Of a DNA stretch of 64,000 nt, positions 28,985-37,779 are shown in pieces. The notes beneath the pieces are model-generated. The model did not search any database. It saw nothing but the letters and a program-made list of their open reading frames with translations, and was not told the DNA's origin. Location: positions 1-64,000 of the forward strand of contig JBPCLP010000024.1 of the NCBI GenBank assembly GCA_051003195.1. Direction: 5' to 3'. A program made the position numbers and the translations under genes. This stretch comes from Candidatus Sumerlaeaceae bacterium. Its GTDB lineage: Bacteria; Sumerlaeota; Sumerlaeia; Sumerlaeales; Sumerlaeaceae. Each line of letters begins with the position of its first letter. Position 1 is the first letter of the stretch.

Positions 28985-29988
28985 GCGACTCGCGTTCTCG
29001 GGTCAACCGCCGCGTATAACAGGTCCACAACAAGGTTCACCCCTAGAAACAAAATGACCACTACCATTACGGTTCCCTGCACTGCAACAATATCGCGATA
29101 CCGGATCGCCTGGATAAGGTAGGTGCCGATTCCGGGCCATGCAAATATTTCTTCTGTAATAATGGCGCCACCCAGCAGCGCACCGAACTGTAATCCCACC
29201 ACGGTAATTACTGGCAGTAGCGCGTTGCGTACGATATGATTTAGTACCTGGCGCGCAGCTAGTCCTTTAGCGCGAGCCGTACGCACAAAATCCTGTGTTT
29301 TTACTTCCAGGATGCTCGAGCGGGTCATGCGGGCAATCAGCGCCGAGCCAATAAGGCCCAGAGTCGTAGCCGGCAGAACGAGATGCATAAGCGCATTGTG
29401 AAGCAGCGGCCAGTCGCGATCCCAGATCGAGTCCAGCACAATCAGCCCGGTGCGCGGCTGATAATCCATAAAGTCGCTGCTGATCCGTCCTGCCATTTCA
29501 AAGATCGGGTGCTTAAACGCGAAGAAGTAACTGAGCATGAGCGCCAGCCAGAACACCGGTATCGAAACACCGACCAGTGCCAGCAGCATGAAACCGTAGT
29601 CGACCAGAGAATACTGCTTCATAGCTGAGAACAGCCCCGACGCGATCCCTATAAATATGGAGAGAGCGAGGCCTGCAGTTGCCAGTTCCACAGTTGCCGG
29701 AAGCGTCTCCTTCAGGTCTTCTGAGATCAGGCGATTTGTCCGATAGCTTCTTCCAAAATCGCCTTTTGCCAGACCTCCCAGGAATCGGCCGTACCTTAGG
29801 TAGAATGGCTCATCCAGTCTCAGTTCCGCGCGCATTTTCTTCACCAGCGCCTGGTCATTTGCGCGATCACCCAGCATCATAACCACCGGATCACCTGGCA
29901 CGAAATACAGGATCGCAAATGTGATGAAAGATGCACCAAGCACCAATGGCAGCGTGAGCGCAAGGCGTGTCAGGATCAGGCGTAGCAT
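28981..29988 (-). CDS. ABC peptide/nickel transporter permease (DppB/OppB family)
   Basis: PGDP, GDFGRSY, LPATVEL, HLVLPA, RMTRSS..DFVRTARAKGL, DLLYAAVDPR. Confidence 0.93.
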   Translation of the reverse strand: MLRLILTRLALTLPLVLGASFITFAILYFVPGDPVVMMLGDRANDQALVKKMRAELRLDEPFYLRYGRFLGGLAKGDFGRSYRTNRLISEDLKETLPATVELATAGLALSIFIGIASGLFSAMKQYSLVDYGFMLLALVGVSIPVFWLALMLSYFFAFKHPIFEMAGRISSDFMDYQPRTGLIVLDSIWDRDWPLLHNALMHLVLPATTLGLIGSALIARMTRSSILEVKTQDFVRTARAKGLAARQVLNHIVRNALLPVITVVGLQFGALLGGAIITEEIFAWPGIGTYLIQAIRYRDIVAVQGTVMVVVILFLGVNLVVDLLYAAVDPRTRVA

Positions 29989-30025
29989 GCAGTCCCGTTA
30001 AATCAAATCACGATATGGAGAAACA

Positions 30026-31435
30026 TCAGTACGAATACTCCTGCCGCGGCGGCAAAACTTTTCGCCATTCGAGCGCAGCAGAAGTTAACCCGTCAATCTC
30101 AGGTGAACGGGACAGCAGACCAGCCGTGGACTCCTGTGAGTTACTCTGGATGTCGTAGGCCTCCCGACCTGTTCCGTCTGCATTCACCAGCACCTTTAAG
30201 TTGTTTTTACGCGCGGCCACGTTCGGGCTCCGGTCGATGGGCCGACCGGGATATTTATAGAAGCCATCCGGTTTGCGACCATATTCCCAGTAAAGTGTCT
30301 TCTGTCGGGCGGGTGTCTCACCAAGCAACGATGCCGACAGTTGCTCACCGTCGAACTCCTTTGCGATCTCTTGTGGAATCGCCACGCCCGCCATATTGCA
30401 CAGCGTAGGGAACAGGTCGATCGCACATAGTACCGTTGACTCGTTAACCGTGCCGGGGACTATGTGTCCTGGCCAGCGCACAAGGAACGGCTCGCGGACC
30501 CCGCCTTCGTACAGGCTCATCTTTATTCCGCGCAGCCCGGCAGTACGCTCTGTGCCAAAGGGCGGCTCCGGCCCATTATCAGACGTGAAAATAACAATGG
30601 TATTCTGCTCCAGCCCCATACTCGTCACGCCATCCATCAGGCGGCCGATTTGCCGATCGTATTCTTCGAGGACTCCCTGGAAATTCTTCCTCGGGGTTTT
30701 GGTCCCATCAGTATTGCCCCCGTACTTGGCCGCCATCTCAGGGCTGGGGCGGTGCGGAGTGTGCACGTCGTCCGGCCACAATGTAATGAACCATGGTTGG
30801 TCGCTGTGCCGTTGCATAAAATCCAATGTGCGGTCGACCATGTACTCCGTGCGTCGGTATCGCGGCACCTGTCCGGGCTCTTCGCGTTGCTCCCATGGCG
30901 GGTATTTGCGGCCCAGCGCCGAATGCGGTTCCGGGCTTTCCCACGTGCCTGTCCCTTCATCATAGCCATAGGCAGCAAACTTCGGGGCCGTAGTCACATC
31001 GCGACCGCCGCCGAGGTGCCACTTGCCGACATGTGCGGTGGCATATCCCGCGGATTTTAACAGTCGCGGCAGCGTTGGAATAGCAGGGTCCAGCCAGTCA
31101 TCCTGTTCGCAGTTAACATTTCCCACTCGAGCCTGGAGGTACGTGTTAAGTCGCAGGCGTCCTGGAAATCTGCCCGTCAACATGCCAGCTCTCGAGGGCG
31201 AGCACAGCGGCGACGGCGCGTAGTACTGGGTAAAGCGGACCCCCTGCTTTGCCAGCCGGTCGATGTTTCGCGTCTGCACACCGGCGCCGGGCCCGTTACA
31301 CGTCACGTCGCCATAACCCATGTCGTCCGTCAGGATGATAAGAATATTGGGGCGGGAGGTAGATGTTTCTTGAGCAGGAAGGAACGCGGCTATCGCCCAA
31401 AGGGCGAGAGTTAAAGACTGCAGTCGGATGATCAT
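30026..31435 (-). CDS. Formylglycine-dependent sulfatase (Cys-type), secreted
   Basis: RPNILIILTDDMG, CSPSRAGMLTG, GKWHLG, FTSDNG, LYEGGVR; start placed at ATG 31435. Confidence 0.93.
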   Translation of the reverse strand: MIIRLQSLTLALWAIAAFLPAQETSTSRPNILIILTDDMGYGDVTCNGPGAGVQTRNIDRLAKQGVRFTQYYAPSPLCSPSRAGMLTGRFPGRLRLNTYLQARVGNVNCEQDDWLDPAIPTLPRLLKSAGYATAHVGKWHLGGGRDVTTAPKFAAYGYDEGTGTWESPEPHSALGRKYPPWEQREEPGQVPRYRRTEYMVDRTLDFMQRHSDQPWFITLWPDDVHTPHRPSPEMAAKYGGNTDGTKTPRKNFQGVLEEYDRQIGRLMDGVTSMGLEQNTIVIFTSDNGPEPPFGTERTAGLRGIKMSLYEGGVREPFLVRWPGHIVPGTVNESTVLCAIDLFPTLCNMAGVAIPQEIAKEFDGEQLSASLLGETPARQKTLYWEYGRKPDGFYKYPGRPIDRSPNVAARKNNLKVLVNADGTGREAYDIQSNSQESTAGLLSRSPEIDGLTSAALEWRKVLPPRQEYSY

Positions 31436-31463
31436 AACCCCCCTCTTACGGCCCCGTTTGTGT

Positions 31464-31490
31464 AATCCGCAATCCGAAATCCGCAATCCA
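31464..31490. repeat. Heptamer tandem repeat AATCCG(C/A), second locus
   Basis: AATCCGC-AATCCGA-AATCCGC-AATCCA, identical over 22 nt to 698-719. Confidence 0.8.
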
Positions 31491-31564
31491 GTCGTTCTCA
31501 GGGAATTCATCCTGCTTTACGCTTTACTAGCTCCAGCACTTTATTAAACGGTAGAAAAACAGCA

Positions 31565-32821
31565 ATGATGCATGGTTGGGACAATTTACGCCCTGGAGAC
31601 GAAGCGGCGATTCTTCGCGGAATCGCCGAGGGCGGCGTGCATGGGGGGCCCTACCACGTTGAGATCGACCCCATAGACCGCTGCAACGTGGCGTGTTTCT
31701 TTTGCGGAAGTGCCGACCTTCATCAGGGCGGTGTGCTGCGCTGGGATAAACTTAGTCCCATCGTGGAAGATTTGATCGACGGCGGCTTACGGAGCTTCCG
31801 CCTGGCCGGTGGCGGTGAGCCGCTCATCTATCCAGATCTTGAGCCGCTTTGCGACCGCATGGCGCGCGCAGGCATTGTGCTCGACAACATTACTACCAAC
31901 GGCATTCAGTTACACAGGTGGCTGCCATCGATCGCGAAGCTGCCGATCACGCAGATTCTCTTCAGCCTGAACTATGCTACGCCTGAAGATTATGGACGTT
32001 TCATGCAAACCGCCCCCGAAAAATTTGAGAACGTGATCAGCAACATTCACCTGATGCACGATCACCTCGTGACCGAGGGCCGCCGCGACGAAACGCAGAT
32101 TCAGACACAATTCTTTATCCATCGTTCGACGGTTGAGTCGATCCCGGGAATGGTAGAACTCGCAAAAAAACTGCCGGTCGATTCTGTCACCTTCAAAGCC
32201 ATTGGTTTCATTCCTGACGAGGAAGTTATCCAACAGGACCAGCTTCCGCGCCTGCGCGAATTGATCCAGCACGCTGCGGATGAAATCGCGAACGACATTC
32301 CGCTGCCGCTCGATTTCGCATTGGCCGGCCTCCAGCCATTTTGCGAGGATGTGCTTGAGCGACGGCACAACGTTCCGGCCGGAGGACGCCACGTTGACCA
32401 CAATATCGAGTACTGCTATATCGCGTGGTACAGCACCACCATCCAGGGCAGCGGCGATGTTCACGCGTGTTGCCACTTGATGCCTGCCCCCGAGATTGAG
32501 CCACTTGGCAACGTGAACCGGCAGCGGATTAGCGACATCTGGCGCGGTGAGAATTACACGCAGCTTCGCCATGAGATGCGCACCGCGATGCTGATGCAGG
32601 CCAAGACACCCTTTCAGCAGCGACGGTTCCGCTGCACAGTGCCCGCATGCTGGGAGCACGACCAGTGCCCGCTTTCCCATATGATGGCGAGCCAGGATTT
32701 CTATCAGCGGGCGCACCAGCAGTTACAGGGGCTGCGCCGGAAACCCATAACACTTGCTGCGCGCTACGCGAACCGCGCATCACGCCATGTGATCGAAAAA
32801 GCAAAGCCACTGCTGAAGTAA
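31565..32821 (+). CDS. Radical SAM protein with SPASM/Twitch domain
   Basis: CNVACFFC, GGGEP, TTNG; C-terminal CYIAW...GDVHACC...LGNV...IW and additional Cys. Confidence 0.88.
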   Translation: MMHGWDNLRPGDEAAILRGIAEGGVHGGPYHVEIDPIDRCNVACFFCGSADLHQGGVLRWDKLSPIVEDLIDGGLRSFRLAGGGEPLIYPDLEPLCDRMARAGIVLDNITTNGIQLHRWLPSIAKLPITQILFSLNYATPEDYGRFMQTAPEKFENVISNIHLMHDHLVTEGRRDETQIQTQFFIHRSTVESIPGMVELAKKLPVDSVTFKAIGFIPDEEVIQQDQLPRLRELIQHAADEIANDIPLPLDFALAGLQPFCEDVLERRHNVPAGGRHVDHNIEYCYIAWYSTTIQGSGDVHACCHLMPAPEIEPLGNVNRQRISDIWRGENYTQLRHEMRTAMLMQAKTPFQQRRFRCTVPACWEHDQCPLSHMMASQDFYQRAHQQLQGLRRKPITLAARYANRASRHVIEKAKPLLK

Positions 32822-32887
32822 ATCCACCCGCTCCTGCGGACAGGTCGGGTTTACAATCGAAACGGCCCGCGAAATTAGCCAATCCCT

Positions 32888-34033
32888 TTATCGGCTCAGC
32901 AGATGTTTCTCCACTTCGCGCGCCAGCTCCTTGCTGGGCGCGACGGTACGATTGGCCAGCACCAGCACCGTTAATCCCTTGTCGAGCACATGGCGCACGC
33001 AATGCATGAAGCCCGTGCTGCTGCCCGGATGGTAAGCGACACGCAAGCCTACTTCATTGCTTTCCAGGCGCCAGCCGATACCATACGGAATTTCACAGGT
33101 CTCGTCCGACAGCTCTCCGCCTGCATCCCAGCATGCATCGCTGCGATTTGACCCGCCTTGGCCAATCTGTATGGCCGGCTCGTTCATGTCGACGGGAAAC
33201 CAGAAGCGGTCGGTCTCCGTCGCGGTACCCTTTTTAAGCAGGTGGCCTGGTGTCGTCATTTCCTGCACGACGTTCAAAGGCAGCACCTGACCCAACCAAT
33301 ATGCGCGGTCCCATTTTAGATAATCGTCTGCTGAACAGTAAATGCCGCCATCGCCGAGAACCTCACTGGTCAGGTTCTGATCCGCCTGGACAAAACTGTT
33401 GTCAGGCATCCGGCGGTAGCCATACGCGCGGTACGGAACGTCCGGTTTAACTACTTCATGGCGCACAACTGTGTCGATCATTCCAAGCGGCCGGAAAATC
33501 AGGTTCTCGAGCGCCAATGAAAATGGCGAGCCGGTAATACGTTGCACCAGACATGCGAGTAGAGCATAACCCGTATTGCTGTAACGAAACTGCGTGCCCG
33601 GCGCAAAGTATGCCTTCTCGTGCGCAGCGGTAATTTTAAGAACGTCCTCATCCGACACCGCTTTTTGCAATCCAGCCGGCAAATGATCCTCGTAATCCAG
33701 TAGTCCGCTGGTGTGTTGCAGCAGGTGGAAAATCGTGATCTTCTGGTGTGGCCGCGTGCTGAGTTCCGGTAAATACTTGGCGATCTGCTCCTCCAGCTGC
33801 AGTCGGTTCTGCTGGCGAAGCAGAAGTATTGCCGCAGCGGTGAACTGTTTTGTTACCGACGCGAGGCGGAATGTCGTTCGAGGCGTAATCTTCTCACCGG
33901 TTTCGAGATTTGCCAAACCGCGGCACTCCAGTTCCTCGACTGTGCCATTGCGCGCGACCATCAGACACGCACCAGGTTCATCCTGTTTTGGGAATGCTGC
34001 GGAAAGAGCGGCGTTCATTCCAGCCTTCAGCAA
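32888..34033 (-). CDS. Serine hydrolase, beta-lactamase class C / PBP-like family
   Basis: LASVTKQF (SxxK), LLQHTSGL, FRYSNTGY (YxN), HPG. Confidence 0.9.
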   Translation of the reverse strand: MLKAGMNAALSAAFPKQDEPGACLMVARNGTVEELECRGLANLETGEKITPRTTFRLASVTKQFTAAAILLLRQQNRLQLEEQIAKYLPELSTRPHQKITIFHLLQHTSGLLDYEDHLPAGLQKAVSDEDVLKITAAHEKAYFAPGTQFRYSNTGYALLACLVQRITGSPFSLALENLIFRPLGMIDTVVRHEVVKPDVPYRAYGYRRMPDNSFVQADQNLTSEVLGDGGIYCSADDYLKWDRAYWLGQVLPLNVVQEMTTPGHLLKKGTATETDRFWFPVDMNEPAIQIGQGGSNRSDACWDAGGELSDETCEIPYGIGWRLESNEVGLRVAYHPGSSTGFMHCVRHVLDKGLTVLVLANRTVAPSKELAREVEKHLLSR

Positions 34034-34051
34034 GAAGTTGCGGAATCACTG

Positions 34052-35080
34052 TTAAAACAGATAATGCCTGTCCAGTATTAAGTTCGGCAGCAATTGCGAA
34101 TTTATACGATCGAATTCTGGGCCAATGACACTGCTGAAGCTTTTCCATTCCTCAATCGCGCTGGCAGGGCTGGGAATAAGCTGACTTGCGTACGTATCTT
34201 CAAAGTGGGCCATTTCCGCCGTAGAAACGGCCATCGAATTTCCACTCCACGAATACGTGCAGAATCCGGCGAAGTTGGCGTTTTGAATGGCTTGGCCGCG
34301 GGTAAGGATTACCAGGTCCCAATCTGCGTAGCTGACACCCGCGCGCCCCCAGCCTGTGCCCGCAACAGTGTGGCCGAAGTGTTCGAAAAGGAAGATGCGG
34401 CCCACAGGTACGCCACGCGCCAGGTAACTGGTTTTCGAGCTCTGGTACTGCGACTGACACCAGTTGACGGAGTAGCCGCTGTTCTTCACCTCTTCGCCGC
34501 TAAGGTAGTTTTCGACCCCGATGTAGAGATTGTTCAGGGCGGTCAGCTTTTGCCAACTCGCGTCATTGGCGCCGGGATTTGAGAAAGGGCTGGCAAGGAT
34601 CACCTTAAAACCATAATTCACTGTCAGGCTGGTCATTAAATCGATGACCCACGTTCGATACGTGGCAGTGCCCGGCCAGAGCCCCGCGGAAATTTCGTTC
34701 ATCACGATCCAGTCGGGGCGACTGCCATACGTTGTGAAACGGCTCAGCGAATACTGCTGCACCTCTGCGGCTTTCTGGGCAGGCGTTTTATAGGTGTAGC
34801 TGGTGTTAAGGTCATTATGATAGATAGCCAATCCATTATTGTTTGCGGTGATCTGCGCGCGCTTGTCGTCCGTCCCCATCGATAGATAATGGCGATGCGT
34901 TGTGTAATTGAGATGATCAAAATTCATGTCACAGAAATTCTGCTGGTTGCTCGTGCAGCCGCAGCAATAAGTGCCCACGTCGAAACGCATGGCGATGCCG
35001 CTTTGTGCGAACAACATTTGTGGTAAATACGTGAGGCAGACGCCAATCAGGACGCATCGCAAACGGGAGATAAATATCAC
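34052..35080 (-). CDS. Secreted hypothetical protein, possible glycoside hydrolase-like TIM barrel
   Basis: Signal-like N-terminus from GTG 35080; WIVMNEIS and FLFEHFG motifs; aromatic-rich. Confidence 0.6.
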   Translation of the reverse strand: MIFISRLRCVLIGVCLTYLPQMLFAQSGIAMRFDVGTYCCGCTSNQQNFCDMNFDHLNYTTHRHYLSMGTDDKRAQITANNNGLAIYHNDLNTSYTYKTPAQKAAEVQQYSLSRFTTYGSRPDWIVMNEISAGLWPGTATYRTWVIDLMTSLTVNYGFKVILASPFSNPGANDASWQKLTALNNLYIGVENYLSGEEVKNSGYSVNWCQSQYQSSKTSYLARGVPVGRIFLFEHFGHTVAGTGWGRAGVSYADWDLVILTRGQAIQNANFAGFCTYSWSGNSMAVSTAEMAHFEDTYASQLIPSPASAIEEWKSFSSVIGPEFDRINSQLLPNLILDRHYLF

Positions 35081-35169
35081 GAACGCATTAACGCTTCTGG
35101 CGCCATGATCCCGCAAGCGGAAACCTGTTTCGCTTTTCCATACTCTATCAATAGAGTAGATAACCCACG

Positions 35170-35700
35170 TCAAGTCGGGGTATAGCGGGCCTTCTCGATT
35201 TCCTGTATGATATCGAGGTGGTGCTTTTGATGAATCTTTAAAAACCGCAGCCACTGGGATGGTGTGAAATCTCCGAGAACTGGATGCGTCGTACGATGTT
35301 TGGATACCTTAACGTCGTCCAGCCGCGAAGCCACACCATCAATTCTTGTTTTCAGTCGCTCCAGACGCTGGCGCAGCAGCTCCGTTTGCGTGCCGCGTGG
35401 CAATGTAAAATCCGGCGCCTTACCTTTTCCGCGTGGAATACGATGCAGTGTGAGTATGAGCCGGCCAATGGGTTTAAGTTTACCCTTCGTAACCTGCTGC
35501 TCAGGTGGCAACCCCACGGAGCTTTCAATTCTCGTGAGCATCACTTCGCCGGCAAGTGCGAGGTGCTCGATATGCTGCTGAACCGACCACTGGGAACTTC
35601 GTGCGGTCGTGCGAAGGCGCGATTCGTCTGAAGCGATGGCACATAACTCCTCAAGCTGCAGAAAGGCAGTGCTACAGTACCGCGCCAGGCTCGCCGTCAT
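35170..35700 (-). CDS. DinB family protein
   Basis: WSVQQHIEHL, HPVLG, H..HH metal triad; start placed at ATG 35700. Confidence 0.8.
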   Translation of the reverse strand: MTASLARYCSTAFLQLEELCAIASDESRLRTTARSSQWSVQQHIEHLALAGEVMLTRIESSVGLPPEQQVTKGKLKPIGRLILTLHRIPRGKGKAPDFTLPRGTQTELLRQRLERLKTRIDGVASRLDDVKVSKHRTTHPVLGDFTPSQWLRFLKIHQKHHLDIIQEIEKARYTPT

Positions 35701-35808
35701 GGACGCAAATGCCTCATTAACCCCAGCAGCCAAACACCGGGAGCGCACTCAATCGAAAAAGGGGTATATACGCTGGACAACCCCGGCCAGCCAACTAATG
35801 TCCATAAT

Positions 35809-36069
35809 ATGAGAGCGCATTGGGTTCCTATATCCATCTTATGCATCAGTATGCTGGCGGGATGTGAGAACGAGCAGCAAACGAAAAGCCGTCCGGCAAA
35901 GCAGGGGGCGACGACTTCCAGTTCAGAGCGACAGGATTATCTAAGCGTAGCGTTCCGGGCTAAAAGAAGCGCTGAGCGACAGCTCGGGGAAGTCCAAAAG
36001 GAGCGAAAAGAGCAGATTCGCGAGGAGAAGGCCTTCGACCGTCCAACCTCCGCCGAACCCACTCCCTGA
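35809..36069 (+). CDS. Small lipoprotein
   Basis: Signal peptide ending in lipobox LAGC. Confidence 0.65.
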   Translation: MRAHWVPISILCISMLAGCENEQQTKSRPAKQGATTSSSERQDYLSVAFRAKRSAERQLGEVQKERKEQIREEKAFDRPTSAEPTP

Positions 36070-36160
36070 TCCAGGTGGCTAATTTCCTTAAACCTGGCAC
36101 GTTCGGCCCTGATATTGCGAACAATAGCTCCCGAGCGAGAGATCGTAGAAGGAGTTCGCG

Positions 36161-37723
36161 ATGTCTGGGGCCGTTGCACGGATGCTGGGATTAGCAACCG
36201 GAATGCTGGGGATTGGTGGCATGCCTCTGTGTGCCGCCTCTCCGGACTGGGTATTCGATTCATACATCCGGGTACCGTTTCGAAATACGCTTTTTCTGGC
36301 TCAGGATGCGCAGGGTAGCCTGTATGCCACAACATTTAACAACTCGCCACACGCCGAGACAGTCGCCGCGTTTAAAATATCGGACCCAGCCAGTGCTTCG
36401 CCCCAGGTGATGCCGTTCGACCACGTGCAAGTGCCAAGTTTCCGCGGTTACTCAGGTCTGGCCGTGGATGAGGCAGGAAACGTCTACCTCTCAATTGACC
36501 AGGGAGACAGTGCCCTCTCCTACGTTAAAAAGCTCTTACCGAATTTCATGGCTGATCCCGAGTTTGGAAGCAATGGAGTCGTTTCTGAACGCGACGTACG
36601 ATTTCAAGGCCTGGCGGTCGCCCCAAACCGCCTGATCGTGGCACAGAGCTGGGGCAGGTTCTCCATCCTCGACATAAAAACCGGCAGAACAATCGGACAG
36701 TCCCGGCCCAGTAACTCGCCCTCTCCCGTAACAATTCGCGACATCGCTTTTGTTCCCTCAACGCAGGAAATTCTCGGCATAGATCGCGACACCGTTTATG
36801 CGTTCACTGGTGGCACGTTGGACAATCCCGCTGGCTATGTACTGAAGTCACTTGTGCCGGGCAGCGGCAGGCAAACTGCCGGGCAGGCAATTTTTTATCA
36901 CCCGTCCGACGACCGCATTTACTACACGCGGACCGGATTGGGACATTTGGGTACGGCAACAAAATCGAGCCCCAGTGCGGAAGTGGTCGAAACTGTCGGG
37001 ACGGCGCCTGGCGGACCGCTTGCCCAACCCGCGGATGCCGTGGTATCGCTGGATGGACGTCAGCTCTATGTGACCGACCTCCGCGCGCCCGTGATTATGC
37101 GTTATCGCTCCAATATAAACGGCAGCGATTGGGCCGCCGTCAGTTCGCCGCCGGCAACAGCGATGGTGACCGGTGCCATCTTCACGGCACCCCTTCCCGA
37201 GGCTTCAGCCTCTCTGTCTGCTGGAACGAGCATGGCGGCACTGGACGGCACGCCTATAATGGCTGGTGGCGCTGCGTCAAACGGCACGCCGCAAGGCGGA
37301 GAATCGAATATGGAAAATCCGAGCGCACCCATAGTCACTCCGTCGCAAAGTGTGCCGGTGCAGCCGAAAGTGCCTTCAGCCGGGGGAGCTATTCAGTGGG
37401 AGACGGGGGATTTACGACGTGTGTTGAGTAAGGCGTTTGCTTCCAAGCAGCGGTTGGTAGCATTTTTTACTTCACCGGACTTTCAACTCGCAAGAAAAGT
37501 CGAGGCCGAGGTATTTGAAACGCCCGGACTGGCTGCACAATACCCGGACGCTATCTGGATGCGTCTGACGCTGGGCATCGACCGCGCAGATGTAGAGCGG
37601 TACGGAGTTTTCCGGGTACCCACCGTGATTATATTTTCGCCCACGGGCCAGGAAATCAAGCGCCTGAGCGGAGAATTTAATCTCGAGGATTTTGCGAAAG
37701 CATACGCATCCGTAGGCGAGTAG
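36161..37723 (+). CDS. Secreted beta-propeller protein with C-terminal thioredoxin-like fold lacking CxxC
   Basis: NHL-like repeats (GLAVDEAGNVY, RDIAF, VSLDGRQLYVTD); C-terminal RYGVFRVPTVIIFSPTGQEIKRLSG. Confidence 0.65.
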   Translation: MSGAVARMLGLATGMLGIGGMPLCAASPDWVFDSYIRVPFRNTLFLAQDAQGSLYATTFNNSPHAETVAAFKISDPASASPQVMPFDHVQVPSFRGYSGLAVDEAGNVYLSIDQGDSALSYVKKLLPNFMADPEFGSNGVVSERDVRFQGLAVAPNRLIVAQSWGRFSILDIKTGRTIGQSRPSNSPSPVTIRDIAFVPSTQEILGIDRDTVYAFTGGTLDNPAGYVLKSLVPGSGRQTAGQAIFYHPSDDRIYYTRTGLGHLGTATKSSPSAEVVETVGTAPGGPLAQPADAVVSLDGRQLYVTDLRAPVIMRYRSNINGSDWAAVSSPPATAMVTGAIFTAPLPEASASLSAGTSMAALDGTPIMAGGAASNGTPQGGESNMENPSAPIVTPSQSVPVQPKVPSAGGAIQWETGDLRRVLSKAFASKQRLVAFFTSPDFQLARKVEAEVFETPGLAAQYPDAIWMRLTLGIDRADVERYGVFRVPTVIIFSPTGQEIKRLSGEFNLEDFAKAYASVGE

Positions 37724-37779
37724 TCACGCCAACACTTTTTCGCTGACATGTCATTCTGCCGGCGCGCAGTTCGTGCCGT

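Noticed and set aside
32888..34033. Antibiotic resistance beta-lactamase
   Set aside because: It has generic serine hydrolase motifs and no clear signal peptide; the family is mostly esterases and peptidases.
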